DNA of 46,140 nucleotides from Octopus bimaculoides (taxonomy: Eukaryota): NCBI RefSeq assembly GCF_001194135.2, contig NC_068983.1, positions 82,037,780 through 82,083,919 on the forward strand, written 5' to 3'. Below, piece after piece: positions 24,885-38,319 of the stretch. How positions within the stretch are numbered: the first letter of the stretch is position 1; every line of letters begins with the position of its first letter. Position numbers and translations under genes: made by a program. The notes beneath the pieces were generated by a model that was given only the letters and a program-made list of their open reading frames with translations, was not told the origin of the DNA and made no database searches.

Positions 24885-25250
24885 GGAAATGGTGTTTGAA
24901 GCAGGAAGTATGTGGTACAATCATTGGGTAGAAAGAGTACTTGAGTTGGAAATATGCAAGATTTTGTAAGATTTTCAATTCAAATTGATAAGAAAATAAA
25001 ACATAACAAACTAGATATTACAGTAATAGAGGAAAAAATTCAAAGTTGCTTACTGATTGAGCCACCAATGCGAAGAAAGCAGATGAAAAGTTGAAAAAAA
25101 AAAATACCCTAAAATTTGGGATTGTGAGGATTTGGAACATGTAATCTATAAGGGTTGTACCTGTGATAATTGGTACATTACGAACTATGAGTGATGACAT
25201 AGACAAATGGATAAAAGGAGAATGAAATAGACTGTAGATTGGAATGGATT
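24885..25250 (+). mobile_element. R4/Dong-like C-terminal restriction-like endonuclease (RLE) fragment
   Basis: With frameshifts: WYNHWVERVLELEICKIL*DFQ.QIDKKIKHNKLDITVIEEKIQSCLLIE...IRVVPVIIGTLRTMSDDIDKW. Confidence 0.7.
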
Positions 25251-25374
25251 GTGCTATAGAGCTTCTGATGAAGGTTTGACTTTCTACATACTATGGTAAT
25301 TCATGGTAGCAGCCTGTACTAACACAGAAACTCTCTGACAATTTTATGTTCAAATTTTCATTAGCACTTTGATA

Positions 25375-26283
25375 TACAAATTTCAAATTTTGGTACACAG
25401 CTAACAATTTCAGGGAAGGAGGTAAGTCAATTAAATTGACCACATTGCTCAAATGGTACTTATTTCATTGACCCTGGAAAGATGAAAGGCAAAGTCAACT
25501 TTAGCAGAATTTGAGTTCAGAACACAAAGACAGATAAAATGCCATTAAGCATTTAACTTGACATGCTAACGATTCTGTCAAACATTTCTACTATAGATAC
25601 AAGGCTTGAAATTTTGAGGGAAGGGCGATAGTCAATTATATCAACTCCAGTTCTTGACTGGAACTTATTTTATTGACTTCAAAAGGATGAATTGTAAAGT
25701 CAACTTCGGTAGCATTTGAACTCAAAATGTAAAACTAGAAGAATCCCACTAAGCATATTGGCTAGCATTATTAATGATTCTTCCAGCTCGCCACCTTACA
25801 CTTTGATATATTAGTTTCAAATTTTGGCACAAGGCCAGCAGCTACAGAGGATGGGAGTAAGTCAATTACATCAACCCAAAAGGATAAGTTGACCTTGGTA
25901 GAATTTGAACTCAGAATGGATCGTTGCCAGTGCTGCTGGACCGGCTCCTGTGCAGGTGGTACGTAAAATACACCATTTTGAGCGTGGCCATTGCCAGTAC
26001 CGCCTGACTGGCCTTCGTGCCGGTGGCACGTAAAAGCACCCACTACACTCTTAGAGTGGTTGGCGTTAGGAAGGGCATCCAGCTGTAGAAACTCTGCCAA
26101 ATCAGATTGGAGCCTGGTATAGCCACGTGGTTCACCAGTCCTCAGTCAAATCATCCAACGCATGCTAGCATGGAAAGCAGACATTAAACAATGATGATGA
26201 TGATGATGATGAATGTGGAGACAGATAAAATTCTGTTAAGCATTTTGCTCAACATGCTAATGATTCAGCCAGCTCATCACCTT
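25375..26283 (-). mobile_element. Three tandem SINE B copies; the third is split by an RTE 3' tail
   Basis: Family B motifs three times; the third resumes (tggagacagataaaattctgttaagcattttgctc) after the insert. Confidence 0.8.
25919..26210 (+). mobile_element. Solo RTE 3' UTR/tail (or RTE-mobilised SINE) with (GAT)n tail
   Basis: Matches the reverse complement of 16764-17050; flanked by gaatg at 25914-25918 and 26211-26215 (candidate TSD). Confidence 0.85.
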
Positions 26284-26440
26284 GCACTTTGATATTTTAG
26301 CATCACAAATATATATGTTCAACTCACAGTTACTTAAATACATTGTCACTACTAAATGTATCTCAACATTAATTCAAATCCATTCTAACACTGATACTCA
26401 AAGATATGCATACACATACATACATGCAAGTATGCATACA

Positions 26441-26497
<57 letters not shown>

Positions 26498-27352
26498 TTG
26501 CATTCTTCTTTAACTTTCTTTCTCTCCCGCAGTTTTCATTTTTACAAATTGATAATGCAAATGCACTTATATATATATACCAAAATAGCTGCAAACTCTG
26601 ATATCTCACTTTTAGTAAACCTAACAGAAAAATAAAATCAACAAAAAAAGAATAAAACCCCAGTCACTCCATCTGTACCAAAACCTCCAAGCATAAGAAA
26701 TGCTTTTAAGGAACCAAAATTGATGCAACAATCTAAGACTGTCATCATAAAATACCAACTAAAGATAACGTGTTTTAGTATTTAGTATGGTTTGAAATCA
26801 ATCGGCAAAATAAATTGTTTGATAGGTACAGGTATAGGTGTGGGGTTAAGATGTTCATTGCAGAATTGTATGATCTAGGATTCATTACCATCACATGCAC
26901 TGTGTTGGCTGATGTCATCTTCTATAGTTGCAGGTTGATCAATGCATTGGAAGTGAAATTTGGTTGATGGAAACCGGAAGAAGCTCATTTGAGTGAAAGT
27001 GTGTGTGTATCTATTTGTCTGCCTTTCTATCTGACTGTCTATCTATCTATCTATCTATCTAGGCTTTTCTCTCCATGGATAAACCTAATCTGTTCCCCGT
27101 TTTTTTTTACATTGACTGTGATACACGATCCCTATTGATCGCTCCCCTCTTTTTTTTTTCCCGCGCCCCCTTTTGATCGAAATTATCCCCCCTTTCCCCC
27201 CCAAAGAAAAGCTCTACATTGTAATTTGTTCATTTTCTGTATTTAGCCCTGTATGGCTATAATAAAAAGATATCTATCTATCTTTCTATCTATCTAAATA
27301 TACATATGTCATCATGATCATGATCATAATTTAACATCCATTGTCCATGCTG

Positions 27353-27395
<43 letters not shown>

Positions 27396-27425
27396 NNNNN
27401 NNNNNTCTATATGTAAAAGAAGTAC

Positions 27426-27459
<34 letters not shown>

Positions 27460-29855
27460 CCATAAATGAGTATACATGTGTCTGTGTTTTCCCCATGTTT
27501 TAACAAGTGTGTGCTAATTATAAACAAGAGTTATTAGCATAAATACGGTGTCATGTGCTTATAATTCTTTGTAAAGTCAAATGTAGCCATTGAGGTGTTT
27601 TTGTTGTTTAAAGAATTTTAAGAAGTATTTGTTACTTTACTTGGAATGGATTTGGCAATAGCAAGAGCATCTAACCACAGACAATTTTGCCCCAGAGTTT
27701 TTGTTTGACTCTTAGAAGCATGGAAAATGGGTGCTAAAATGTTGGTGCTATTGAAAGAATGAAGTTTCAGCTAACTTTGTACTTTACAACTAATTTATTG
27801 AAACTACTATTTCTTGATCTATTAGACATTGCTAACAAATCTTTATTAAGCATTAACCATTTAAACTGGCTGAATATTCTTGTGTTTTGTGTTCAAACCA
27901 ACCACATCTGGCCTCTCACACTTACCCTACAATGTCATTCTAAAAATATATGATCACATCATTAAAATTTTGATGCAATGAGATATTGCGTAATTCATTC
28001 GAAACCATGTGAATAAATACAAATGACATTTGACAGAGTTAAACTACAACCGATAGTCTTTGAAATGAGAGAGAGAGAGAGGGAGAGAGAGGGAGAGAGA
28101 GGGAGAGAGAGAGGGAGAGAGTGTGGGAGAGAGAGGGGGAGAGTGGGTGCAGGAGAGAGTGGGAGGGAGAGAGAGGGGGAAGAGGGAGTGAGAGAGAGAG
28201 GGAGAGAGAAAGTGGGGAGAGAGATTGGAAGAGAGAAAGAGAGAGGGAGTGAAAAGGAAAATTATTTTCTTTTATCTTTTATATTGTCAGAAAAGGAAGA
28301 ACAGCAAGTAGGACCCTTTATTTTGGCTGTTCAAGAATGGATAAAGTTATTCTCAAATAAGGGACCCAACTTGAATGTTTGCAACAGAATGAATTTCATT
28401 AAAGGCACCCAACGTTGCTGATTAGCGCATATGTGTGTATAACTGGGTGATGAATTAGGTCCACCACTCAAAATACCACAATAAACAACACAAGGTATCT
28501 AATGCTGTAAAACTCCTGCCAATCTCCTGCCCTGGGCTGTAATTATATTTCATTGACTGTGGAGTGATAAAAGGCAAAGTAGGCTTGGAAGAATTTAACC
28601 CTTTAGCATTTAAATCAGCCATGCTTTACCCTTATTATCCTCCTTGATTTATGTTCAAACCTGCTGAATTTGGACTCTCACACCTAGCCTATAATGTCGT
28701 TCTAAAATTAAACTATCATATCATCAAAATCTCAAGGCTATGAGCTAATGCAAGATTAATTCAAAACAATGTGAATAAATAAATATTACACATAACAGAT
28801 TAATCTCTAATGGTAACGGATTATACTTCGATTGTAAAAAGCCAGAACAAACACTACAAGGCATTTTGCTCTATATTTTAATGTCTTTGCCTGTTTGCTA
28901 TCCTGGATAGGTAAAAGTTAAAAAAAGCAAAGATACCTTCTTGTGTCATACCAAAGCATAAAGATTTCCATGGCATATAAATTCCCCATTTGGACAAGAT
29001 GCTGGTCCATTGCAGGATTATTCATTTTTACTAACTGAATGGACTGGAGTAACATGAAATGAAGTGTTTTGCTCAAGACCACAATGCATTGCCCAGTCCA
29101 GAAATCGAAACCACAATCTTACAATCATGAGTCCAACATCCTAACCACTAATCCATGCACCTCCACTACTGTTCTTGATACTCTATCCATGAATATAATT
29201 TTTTTTCTCTCAGACAAGGAGCCACTTCCAAAATCTCACAGACCATCTTCCTCATTTACAGCACACAAACTTATCAAAATTTATGAAAATCATTATAAAT
29301 TTTAACAATGCAGACTCTTGTCAGTTTCCTTAGACTCTGTTGTTTTGTTGAAGACAAGAAGGTATGACAATGCAATAAGGGTGGAATCTCTTTGGGTGTG
29401 GTGCTTGGATTGCTGTTAGCAGCCAAATCTCCTCCCTCAAATTACATGCCACCAATTTTGAGGGAAAAAGGGAAAAAAGAAAAATACCTATGTAGTGAGA
29501 GATGAGATAAATTATACCTGAAATGATAGGTTGGTCATGGCTATGGGTCATAAGTTTGCTCAGTCCAGGAATGATACAGTGACAAAACAACAACAACAAT
29601 AACTGTACCAATATCTAATCTAAGGAAAAAAGTCTTCAACCAACAAGAATGGTTGAATGTTGTGTTAGAAATATCATGCAGATCTTCAAAAACGCTCCTA
29701 ACCATACAAAACAAAAAATGCCATTTGGCTGCTTCTGATAGTCTTTTTCTACTCAGTGGTTTTCCTTCTCATGGAAATGAAAGATCTTATGCAATATTAG
29801 AAAAATGTGTAAATTGTTATTAAACTGTAAATTATATTTTATTGTCAGCCTATAA

Positions 29856-29994
29856 CAGTCATGGGCAAACTGTGGTCATGGGATGCTAATTCCACAAAAA
29901 AATAACATGCATAGTTTTTTTCATTTTAGAACCCACCTGATGATGATCTATGTTTCATGTGGCTCCACTTCTCAAAAAGGGCTGCCCATGCCTG
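29856..29994. mobile_element. 139-bp hAT-like MITE
   Basis: TIRs cagtcatgggca / tgcccatgcctg; 8-bp flanks gcctataa and gcctagaa (7/8 identical TSD). Confidence 0.8.
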
Positions 29995-30027
29995 GCCTAG
30001 AATCTCCAATGTCAGCTTTCAAATTCT

Positions 30028-30335
30028 TCATCATCATCGTTATCGTCACCATTTAACAACCTCCTTCCATGCTGGCATGGATTGAACAGTTTGACAAGAG
30101 CTGGCCAGCCAGAAGATGGCACCATGTCTGCTTTGTCATGATTTTTATGACTGGATGCCCTTCCTAACACCAATCACCCAACAGAGTGGGCTCAGTGCTT
30201 TTTACATGGCACAAGCACAGGTGGGGTCAGCTTTGGTATTATTTTTACTGCTGGATGCCCTTCCAAATGCCAACCATTTTACAGTGTGGACTGAGTGCTT
30301 ATAAAGTGGTACCAGCACTGGCAGAGTCGCCAAGT
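30028..30335 (-). mobile_element. Decayed RTE 3' tail with internal duplication
   Basis: (CAT)n..ccatgctggcatgg; ctggatgcccttcc.aa..ccaa occurs twice. Confidence 0.7.
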
Positions 30336-30420
30336 AACTTGTTTGATATTCTTTTGTTGCTACCAGAATCTCAAAATGTTTCTAGATGTTGAAAAATCAA
30401 TTTGAAAGAGACTGTTCTAG

Positions 30421-30504
30421 TCAGATGACCCCATAGACTTCAAACATAAGGATATATTGAAGTCTATTCAGTCATTAAATGAGAACGGTTTCATTCAAAT
30501 TGAG
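30421..30504 (+). CDS. Putative 84-nt symmetric exon (SDDPIDFKHKDILKSIQSLNENGFIQIE)
   Basis: gttctAG acceptor, GAG|GTAATG donor, amphipathic-helix-like peptide; a stronger acceptor at 30366 adds 18 codons with two stops. Confidence 0.3.
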
Positions 30505-30765
30505 GTAATGTTTTCATTAATCAATTTCAATTAAAGGAGCCACTTGAAACAACCGTAATGAAATGACACTTGTACACCTTTGTTACTCATTTATATTTTA
30601 TTCACCTAACTTCGAATCTGCATTTCAGAAATACTATAGAAAGCACCTTTATAAAAGTACATGTCTGAAATACCAAGAATGGATTTATTTGGGTGTACGC
30701 ATTATACTGACCTAGTAAGGTGCCTCAATTTAAGTACCTAATTCAACTGAATCTTAATTACATTT

Positions 30766-30802
<37 letters not shown>

Positions 30803-31864
30803 ATAAAGGATGGCCACTAGGTGGACATCCAATATGCTAGAAAGAGGTCATCAACGACCCAACCACAAAGAAAAATAATGTTCTCCAGAAGAACTTCGCA
30901 AAACACCAAAACAAAACAAAATGAGAAATATACAGAATAAAGAATAAGTTGTGTACCATGGTTTCGAACATTAACATTTTACTTACATAACAACATTCGA
31001 GTTTTCATCAGCACAATCGTTCTAGAATCAATATAATTTGCAGAACTATACACAAATTATCTTCATGAAATAAGACCTGCATACAGTTCTACCGATTACA
31101 TTTTTCAAAATGCCTCAGTTTCTTTCTACCAAATCCACTCACAAAGCTTTGGTCAGCGTGTTGCTATAGTAGAAGACATTTTCCCAAGGTGCCATGCAGT
31201 AAGAGTGAACCTGGAACCATGTGGTTTGGAAGAATGAAAATATAAAATGATGCTGGTAGTAGTCCAAGAAAGATGATTCTGCAATTTTTCTCTGAACAAC
31301 CAACACAAATAGCTTGTTTCTAGTGATCAAATGTATGCACTGTACATATGCTAACACCCTTCATCATATCTGAACAGGTGAATAGCGTACCACATGTCAG
31401 ATGTCAAAGTGATTGCAGAGCAACGTGAAATGAAGTGTTTTACTCAAGAACACAATACATTACCTGGGCCGGAAACTGAAAACACAAGGGCAACACCCTA
31501 ACCCCTAGATCATATGCAATCAACAATTGCTCAGTGTACAGAGCTTTTGACTGTAATGGATAAAGAAAATTATGTTTGAGATGACAGTGAAGATTTTGTT
31601 CAACTAAAATGTATTTTAGCCAAGACATTTTGAATAATGTGTTCTTGCAAATCTTTATGCGGTATTATGTATAGGTACATTGTATCATTACATTGTGTAA
31701 AAGGTGACTAAAAAGGCTGATGGTGAGAAGGACATCTGACTATAAAACTTTAGCTTCAAAAGTGGAAACCTTAACAAATACAAGTAAGGCAGTCCACAAA
31801 ACCTGCAACACCTTCTGTCTAACCATAAATTTTGTTGTTGTTTATGCCTTACCCTCATTGTTAT

Positions 31865-32360
31865 AAATAACAATGAATAAACTAATGACAATAAAAATAA
31901 TGATGATGATGAAGATGATGATGGAAATGTGATGGTGATGATCATGATCACAATCATGATTGCTATGATGATGATGGACATGAAAGATATTGATGATGAT
32001 GGTGGTGGTGTTGGTGGTGGAGACGTAGGAGGATGATGGAAATGCTGATCATAATGATGGCAATGATGATGTGTGGTTGTGGTGGTGGTGGTGTAGACAA
32101 TGATAATTATGATGATGATGATGATGATGATAATGATAGTGATGATGATGATGATGGTGATAATAATGACATGAAAGAAGGGGAAGATGATGATTATGGT
32201 AATGATGATGGTGGAGATGATGATGACAATAACAAGCATGATGATGATGACGACGACGACGATGACGACGACAATGATGACAACAACGATGATGATGATG
32301 ATGATGATAATGATGATGATGATGATAATGTTGATGATGACAAACCATGATGAAGATGAC
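31865..32360. repeat. Degenerate (GAT/GGT/GAC/AAT)n tract
   Basis: Directly visible; source of poly-D/M/H/I ORFs. Confidence 0.9.
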
Positions 32361-32519
32361 ATGAAAGGTGATGGGATATCATATAATATATTGCATTCAA
32401 AAAGCTCTTCCTCCACCCCTGCTACCCATGATAAAAAAAGAACAAACAAAACAACAAAAATCCAAAATAACAAGAAAACATATTTATACCTGAAGCACAG
32501 GAAATCATGTCTTTCAAAC

Positions 32520-33880
<1,361 letters not shown>

Positions 33881-33984
33881 TTCCATAGAACTTTAACGCA
33901 GAAGAATAGAAAATCTAACAATAAACTGTCATGATATTAAAAAGAAACAACAATGTGATGGAATTTACCAAAAGAGATCATACA

Positions 33985-34440
33985 TTTCTTCTTTGCTTTC
34001 TTTTTTTCCTTTCTATTCTTTATTTGTTTATTTCTTTCTCTCTTTCACACATTTTCTTTCCATTTCTTCTCATTTCTTTCTTCCTTTGTTACTTTCTTTT
34101 TTTTTACTTCTTTTTTTGCATTTCATGTATCTTCTTTCTTGTTTCTTTTTGCCTCTTTTCTTTTTCTTTGTTCTTTCATTCAGTCTTTGTTTCTTTTTTA
34201 TTTTTACTTTCTTCCTTCCGTTCATCCATCCTTCCCTTTTTCCTTCCTTTCTTCCATTTGCCTTCTTTTCTTTGTTTATTTCCTTTCTTCTTTTCTTCCT
34301 TTTTTTCCTTTCTTTCTTTTATCATACTTTCCTTGTTCCTTTTCTTTTCTTTCTCTTACCTTTTCTACATCATTTCACCTTTCCCCTTAATCATTCTCTT
34401 GATCTTCTCTCTCTCCCTCTCTCTGTGCCTGTCTCACCAC
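33985..34440. repeat. ~450-bp C/T-rich polypyrimidine low-complexity tract
   Basis: Directly visible; source of F/L/S-rich ORFs. Confidence 0.9.
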
Positions 34441-34888
34441 TAATTTTTAGGTATTCTCTTGCAGTGCCACTAATGTAGATTTCCAGGAAAGACCAAACTG
34501 AAGTTGAATCTTAATATCTTCTCCAAACACCTAGTACAAGGTTTGAACTCACAGCTGCAGGCCAACAAAATTTATATGAGTTCCACATAGTGTTCATATT
34601 AATTCTATAAAGTGTTTTCACTCCTTACAACCATAACCTAAACCAGTCTCATCATAAATAAATTTTCAACTGAATGAACAGTGCTGAGCCATTGAATGTT
34701 ATGTGTTAAGGCGAGACCATAGGAACTGTACTGTGCCAGTAATTGAAACTATAACTAATTATTAATTATTTGGCTGAATTTCCAATCCTGGGTTAATAGC
34801 CAACCAAACCCATCTCTAACAAACCTAGATTATTAGAGATGTCAGGCAGAGGTGATGCAGTGAAATTTGAACTTATAATAATAATGAT

Positions 34889-35342
34889 GGAGTTGGAGAG
34901 ATGTAAGAGTCTGTGAGACTTACCTATTCAAGCAGACAAGACGTTACAAAATAATAGACTGGACATGATGATCATAGATAAGAAAAAGTGAAGTTTCATA
35001 CTAATCGATCCATCATGCCCAATTGCTTCAAGGATTGTGAAGAAAGAGGATGAAAAACAAAAAAATTACAGGTGCAGGAGTGGCTGTGTTGTAAGTAGCT
35101 TGCTTACCAACCACATGGTTCCGAGTTCAGTCCCACTGCGCGACAAAGCCTTGTAAATGGATTTGGTAGACGGAAAGTGAAAGAAGCCCGTTGTATATAT
35201 GTATATATATATATATNNNNNNNNNNNNNNNNNNNNNNNNNNNNNNNNNNNNNNNNNNNNNNNNNNNNNNNNNNNNNNNNNNNNNNNNNNNNNNNNNNNN
35301 NNNNNNNNNNNNNNNNNNNNNNNNNNNNNNNNNNNNNNNNNA

Positions 35343-35380
<38 letters not shown>

Positions 35381-35778
35381 CTGTGTTTGTCCTCCCACCA
35401 TCGCTTGACAACCGATGTTGGTGTGTTTACGTCCCCCGTAACTTAGCGGTTCGGCAAAAAGAGACCAATAGAATAAGTACTAAGCTTACAAAGAATAAGT
35501 CCTGGGGTCGATTTGCTCGACTAAAGGCGGTGCTTCAGCATGGCCGCAGTCAAATGACTGAAGCAAGTAAAAGAGTAAAAGAGTAAAAAAGAATCCCTTA
35601 AAATTTGAAATAAGAATTTGGAGGATGAAAACTGTAAAAGTTATGCCTATAATAATTGGTGCATTGGGAACAGTAAGCAAAGACATAGACAAATAGCTGA
35701 AGGAGATTGAAATAGAATTCCCATTAGAAAGTTTGTCTCTTAAGGACAGTAAGGATTATCAGGAGGATTCTAAGTGAA
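34889..35778 (+). mobile_element. R4/Dong-like RLE fragment interrupted by a SINE A insertion
   Basis: ELERCKSL*DLPIQADKTLQNNRLDMMIIDKKK*SFILIDPSCP..KKEDEKQKNY | insert | NPLKFEI..MKTVKVMPIIIGALGTVSKDIDK..RIIRRIL; 5' end follows tataataataatgatg. Confidence 0.8.
35071..35591 (+). mobile_element. Composite SINE family A: tRNA-like head, internal (TA)n/(TG)n microsatellite (with assembly gap), tail
   Basis: Head 35071-35195 (about 40 bp shorter than the 11555 copy), microsatellite/N-gap, tail ending (aaaagagt)n; precisely splits the host RLE reading frame. Confidence 0.85.
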
Positions 35779-35914
35779 AGGACGAAAGACAAAATCAAGC
35801 TCGGCAGAATTTGAACTCGGAATGTAAAGAGCCAGAGGAAATGCTGCAAAACATTTTATCCAATGCACAAACAAATCAAATGATGATGATGATAATAATA
35901 ACAATAATAATAAT

Positions 35915-36446
35915 GCAAAGAAGAAGAAGAATAGAATACACTCCAAAGGAGTTACCAAAAATGAGAAATGCAAAATCCTGTGAGATGCAATGATCCAGTG
36001 TGATCACCTGACCAGACATCGGAAATCGAACATTGTTGTGGTGAATGAAAAAGAAAGAACATATATGATAATTGATATAGTTTGCCCTGGTGAAAGAAGA
36101 AGAAAAAATAAATTATGATGATATGAAGTGAGAAATATGAAGGTTGTGGTCAATGAAGAGAGTAGATGTGATACCAATAATAATTGATGCACTTGGAAAT
36201 ATCAGCACTCAACTACCAGCTTGGCTGAGAAAGATTGGTGTAAATGTGAAGGTAGAACACCCACAAAAATCAGCATTGCTTGGAACTGCAAGAATTCTTC
36301 GCAGGGTTCTTGAAGCATGACCAGTAAACAAATGTCACCTTAGTCTGCTGGCTGTGGACAGCTGACTCTTTTCCTCATACCCAGCAAAATAAGCTGAGTT
36401 TTCTCCACATAACAATAATAATAATAACAACAACAATAATAATAAT
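35915..36446 (+). mobile_element. R4/Dong-like 3' end: RLE domain, stop codon, 3' UTR and (TAA)n tail
   Basis: IQCDHLTRHRKSNIVVVNEKERTYMIIDIVCPG..NYDDMK*EI*RLWSMKRVDVIPIIIDALGNIS..KSALLGTARILRRVLEA* (TGA 36318-36320), ~90-nt UTR, then taacaataataataataac; (GAT)/(TAA)n upstream at 35880-35914. Confidence 0.85.
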
Positions 36447-36449
36447 CCA

Positions 36450-37645
36450 AGGCAAAGTTGACCTTACAAAATAATAATGATGATTTCTGATTTGGGTGCA
36501 AAATTAACAGTTTCGGGAGAAAGGAAGCTAGATGATACCCATCCACCCTAGTGCTTGATTGGAACTTTATTTTATCCAAAGGAATAAAAGGCTGAGTTGA
36601 AACCAGAATGTAAGGAAGCAGAAGAAATATAGTGAGGCATTTTCTCCAATTCTTTAACAATTCTGTTGATCCATTGCTGTTAAGAATAATGGTTACTGAT
36701 TTAGGTGAAAAGCCAGCAATTTTGAGAGATGTTGGAATAAGCCTGAGTCAATAGCATCAACCCCAGTACTTCACTGTCACGTTATTTTATTGACCCCTGA
36801 AGGGATGAAAATTGCTGTTTAGCATTTTGTCTGTTGTGTCAGCTCACCACCTTAATAACAGTTTCAGATTTTGCCACAAAGGCAGTAATTTTTTTTTTTT
36901 TTGGAGTGGGGGGCAGTATTAGTTAATTACATCGACCCAAGTGTTCAACTGGTACTTATTTTATCGACTTCAAAAGAATAAAAGGCCAAGTTGACCTCAG
37001 CAGAATTTGAACTTAGAATGCAAAGATGGATGAAATGTTGCTAAGCATTTTGTCTCACATGCTTACAATTCTGTAAAGGCACATGGCTCAGTGATTAGAG
37101 CATCAGGCTCACAATCATGAGATAGTGAGTTCAATTCCTGGACTGGACTGTGTGGTGTGTTCTTGAACAAGACACTCTATTTCACATTGCTCCAGTCCAC
37201 TCAGCTGTAGAAATGAGTTCTAACATCATTGGTGCCAAGCTGTACTGGCCTTTGCCTTTTCCTTGGATAACAATAATGACAAAGAGAGAGGAGGCTGGTA
37301 TGCATGGGTGACTGTTGGTCTTCCATAAACAACCTTGCCTGGACTTGTGCTTTGGAAAGTAAATTTCCTGGTGCAATCCCATGGTCATTCATGACCGAAG
37401 AGGGTCATTACTATTTTTGCTAACGATTCTACTTCACCATCTTATTAATCCTTTCTACTATAGGCACAAGGCCTGAAATTTGTGGGGTGGGATTAAGTTG
37501 ACTCTAGTACTCAACTGGTACTTAATTTACCGATCCCAATAAATGAAAGGCAAAGTTGATCTCAGCGGAATTTGAACTCACTAAGCATTCCATCTAGCAT
37601 GCTAACAATTCTGTTAGCTTGCCACCTTTCACCACCTTAATAATG

Positions 37646-37690
<45 letters not shown>

Positions 37691-37909
37691 TTGGTTCAAA
37701 ATTTTTGGCATAATACCAGCAATTTCCAGGGAGGGAGCAAGTTGACTACATTGACCACAGTGCTCGACTGGTACTTATTTTATTGACCTCAAAAGGATGC
37801 AAGACTAAGTTGACCACAGCAGAATTAGAAGCCAGAAAGTAGAGATGGACGAAATGACACCTAAGCATTTTGTCCAGAGTTCTAATGATTCTGCCAGCTT
37901 GCCACCTTA

Positions 37910-37910
<1 letters not shown>
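36450..37910 (-). mobile_element. Array of about five SINE B copies, some separated by TAA repeats; one contains a SINE C insertion (37075-37410, +)
   Basis: Repeated caactggtactta..tttattgac..gaaaggcaaagttgac..gaatttgaact..aagcatt..gctaac.attctg..agc..gccacctt. Confidence 0.8.
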
Positions 37911-37940
<30 letters not shown>

Positions 37941-38319
37941 GGAGGAGGAGGAGGAGGAGGGGGGACGATCACGATGATGATAATGATGACAATAATAATA
38001 TAAATATAATAATATGATATAATAATAATAATATAAATTATAATAATAATTTCAAAAAGAACAAGAACTAGAAATATGATGAAAAAGAAATGGAAAATTT
38101 GGTAAAGAAGAAGAAGAAGAAAGTGATGCCTTCACCCCATCCATCACCAACAACAATGCTGTATATATGAATTCAAAGACTTTCAGTGGAAGAATAAACA
38201 TGTAGCTATATGACTAGAATTGATCTTGTAAAAAAAAAAAACAAAGAAAAAAACCCAGAAGAAATGACAAAAACAACTTATAATGTATTATTTTCTTGTC
38301 AAAAATTATCTCATACATA

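Noticed and set aside
25260-25340. CTGATGA..GAAA hammerhead-like pair
   Set aside because: No stem II or stem I/III pairing around the motifs.
28291-28494. 204-nt segment with strong acceptor and donor
   Set aside because: Stops in all three frames; could be a non-coding exon but is unsupported.
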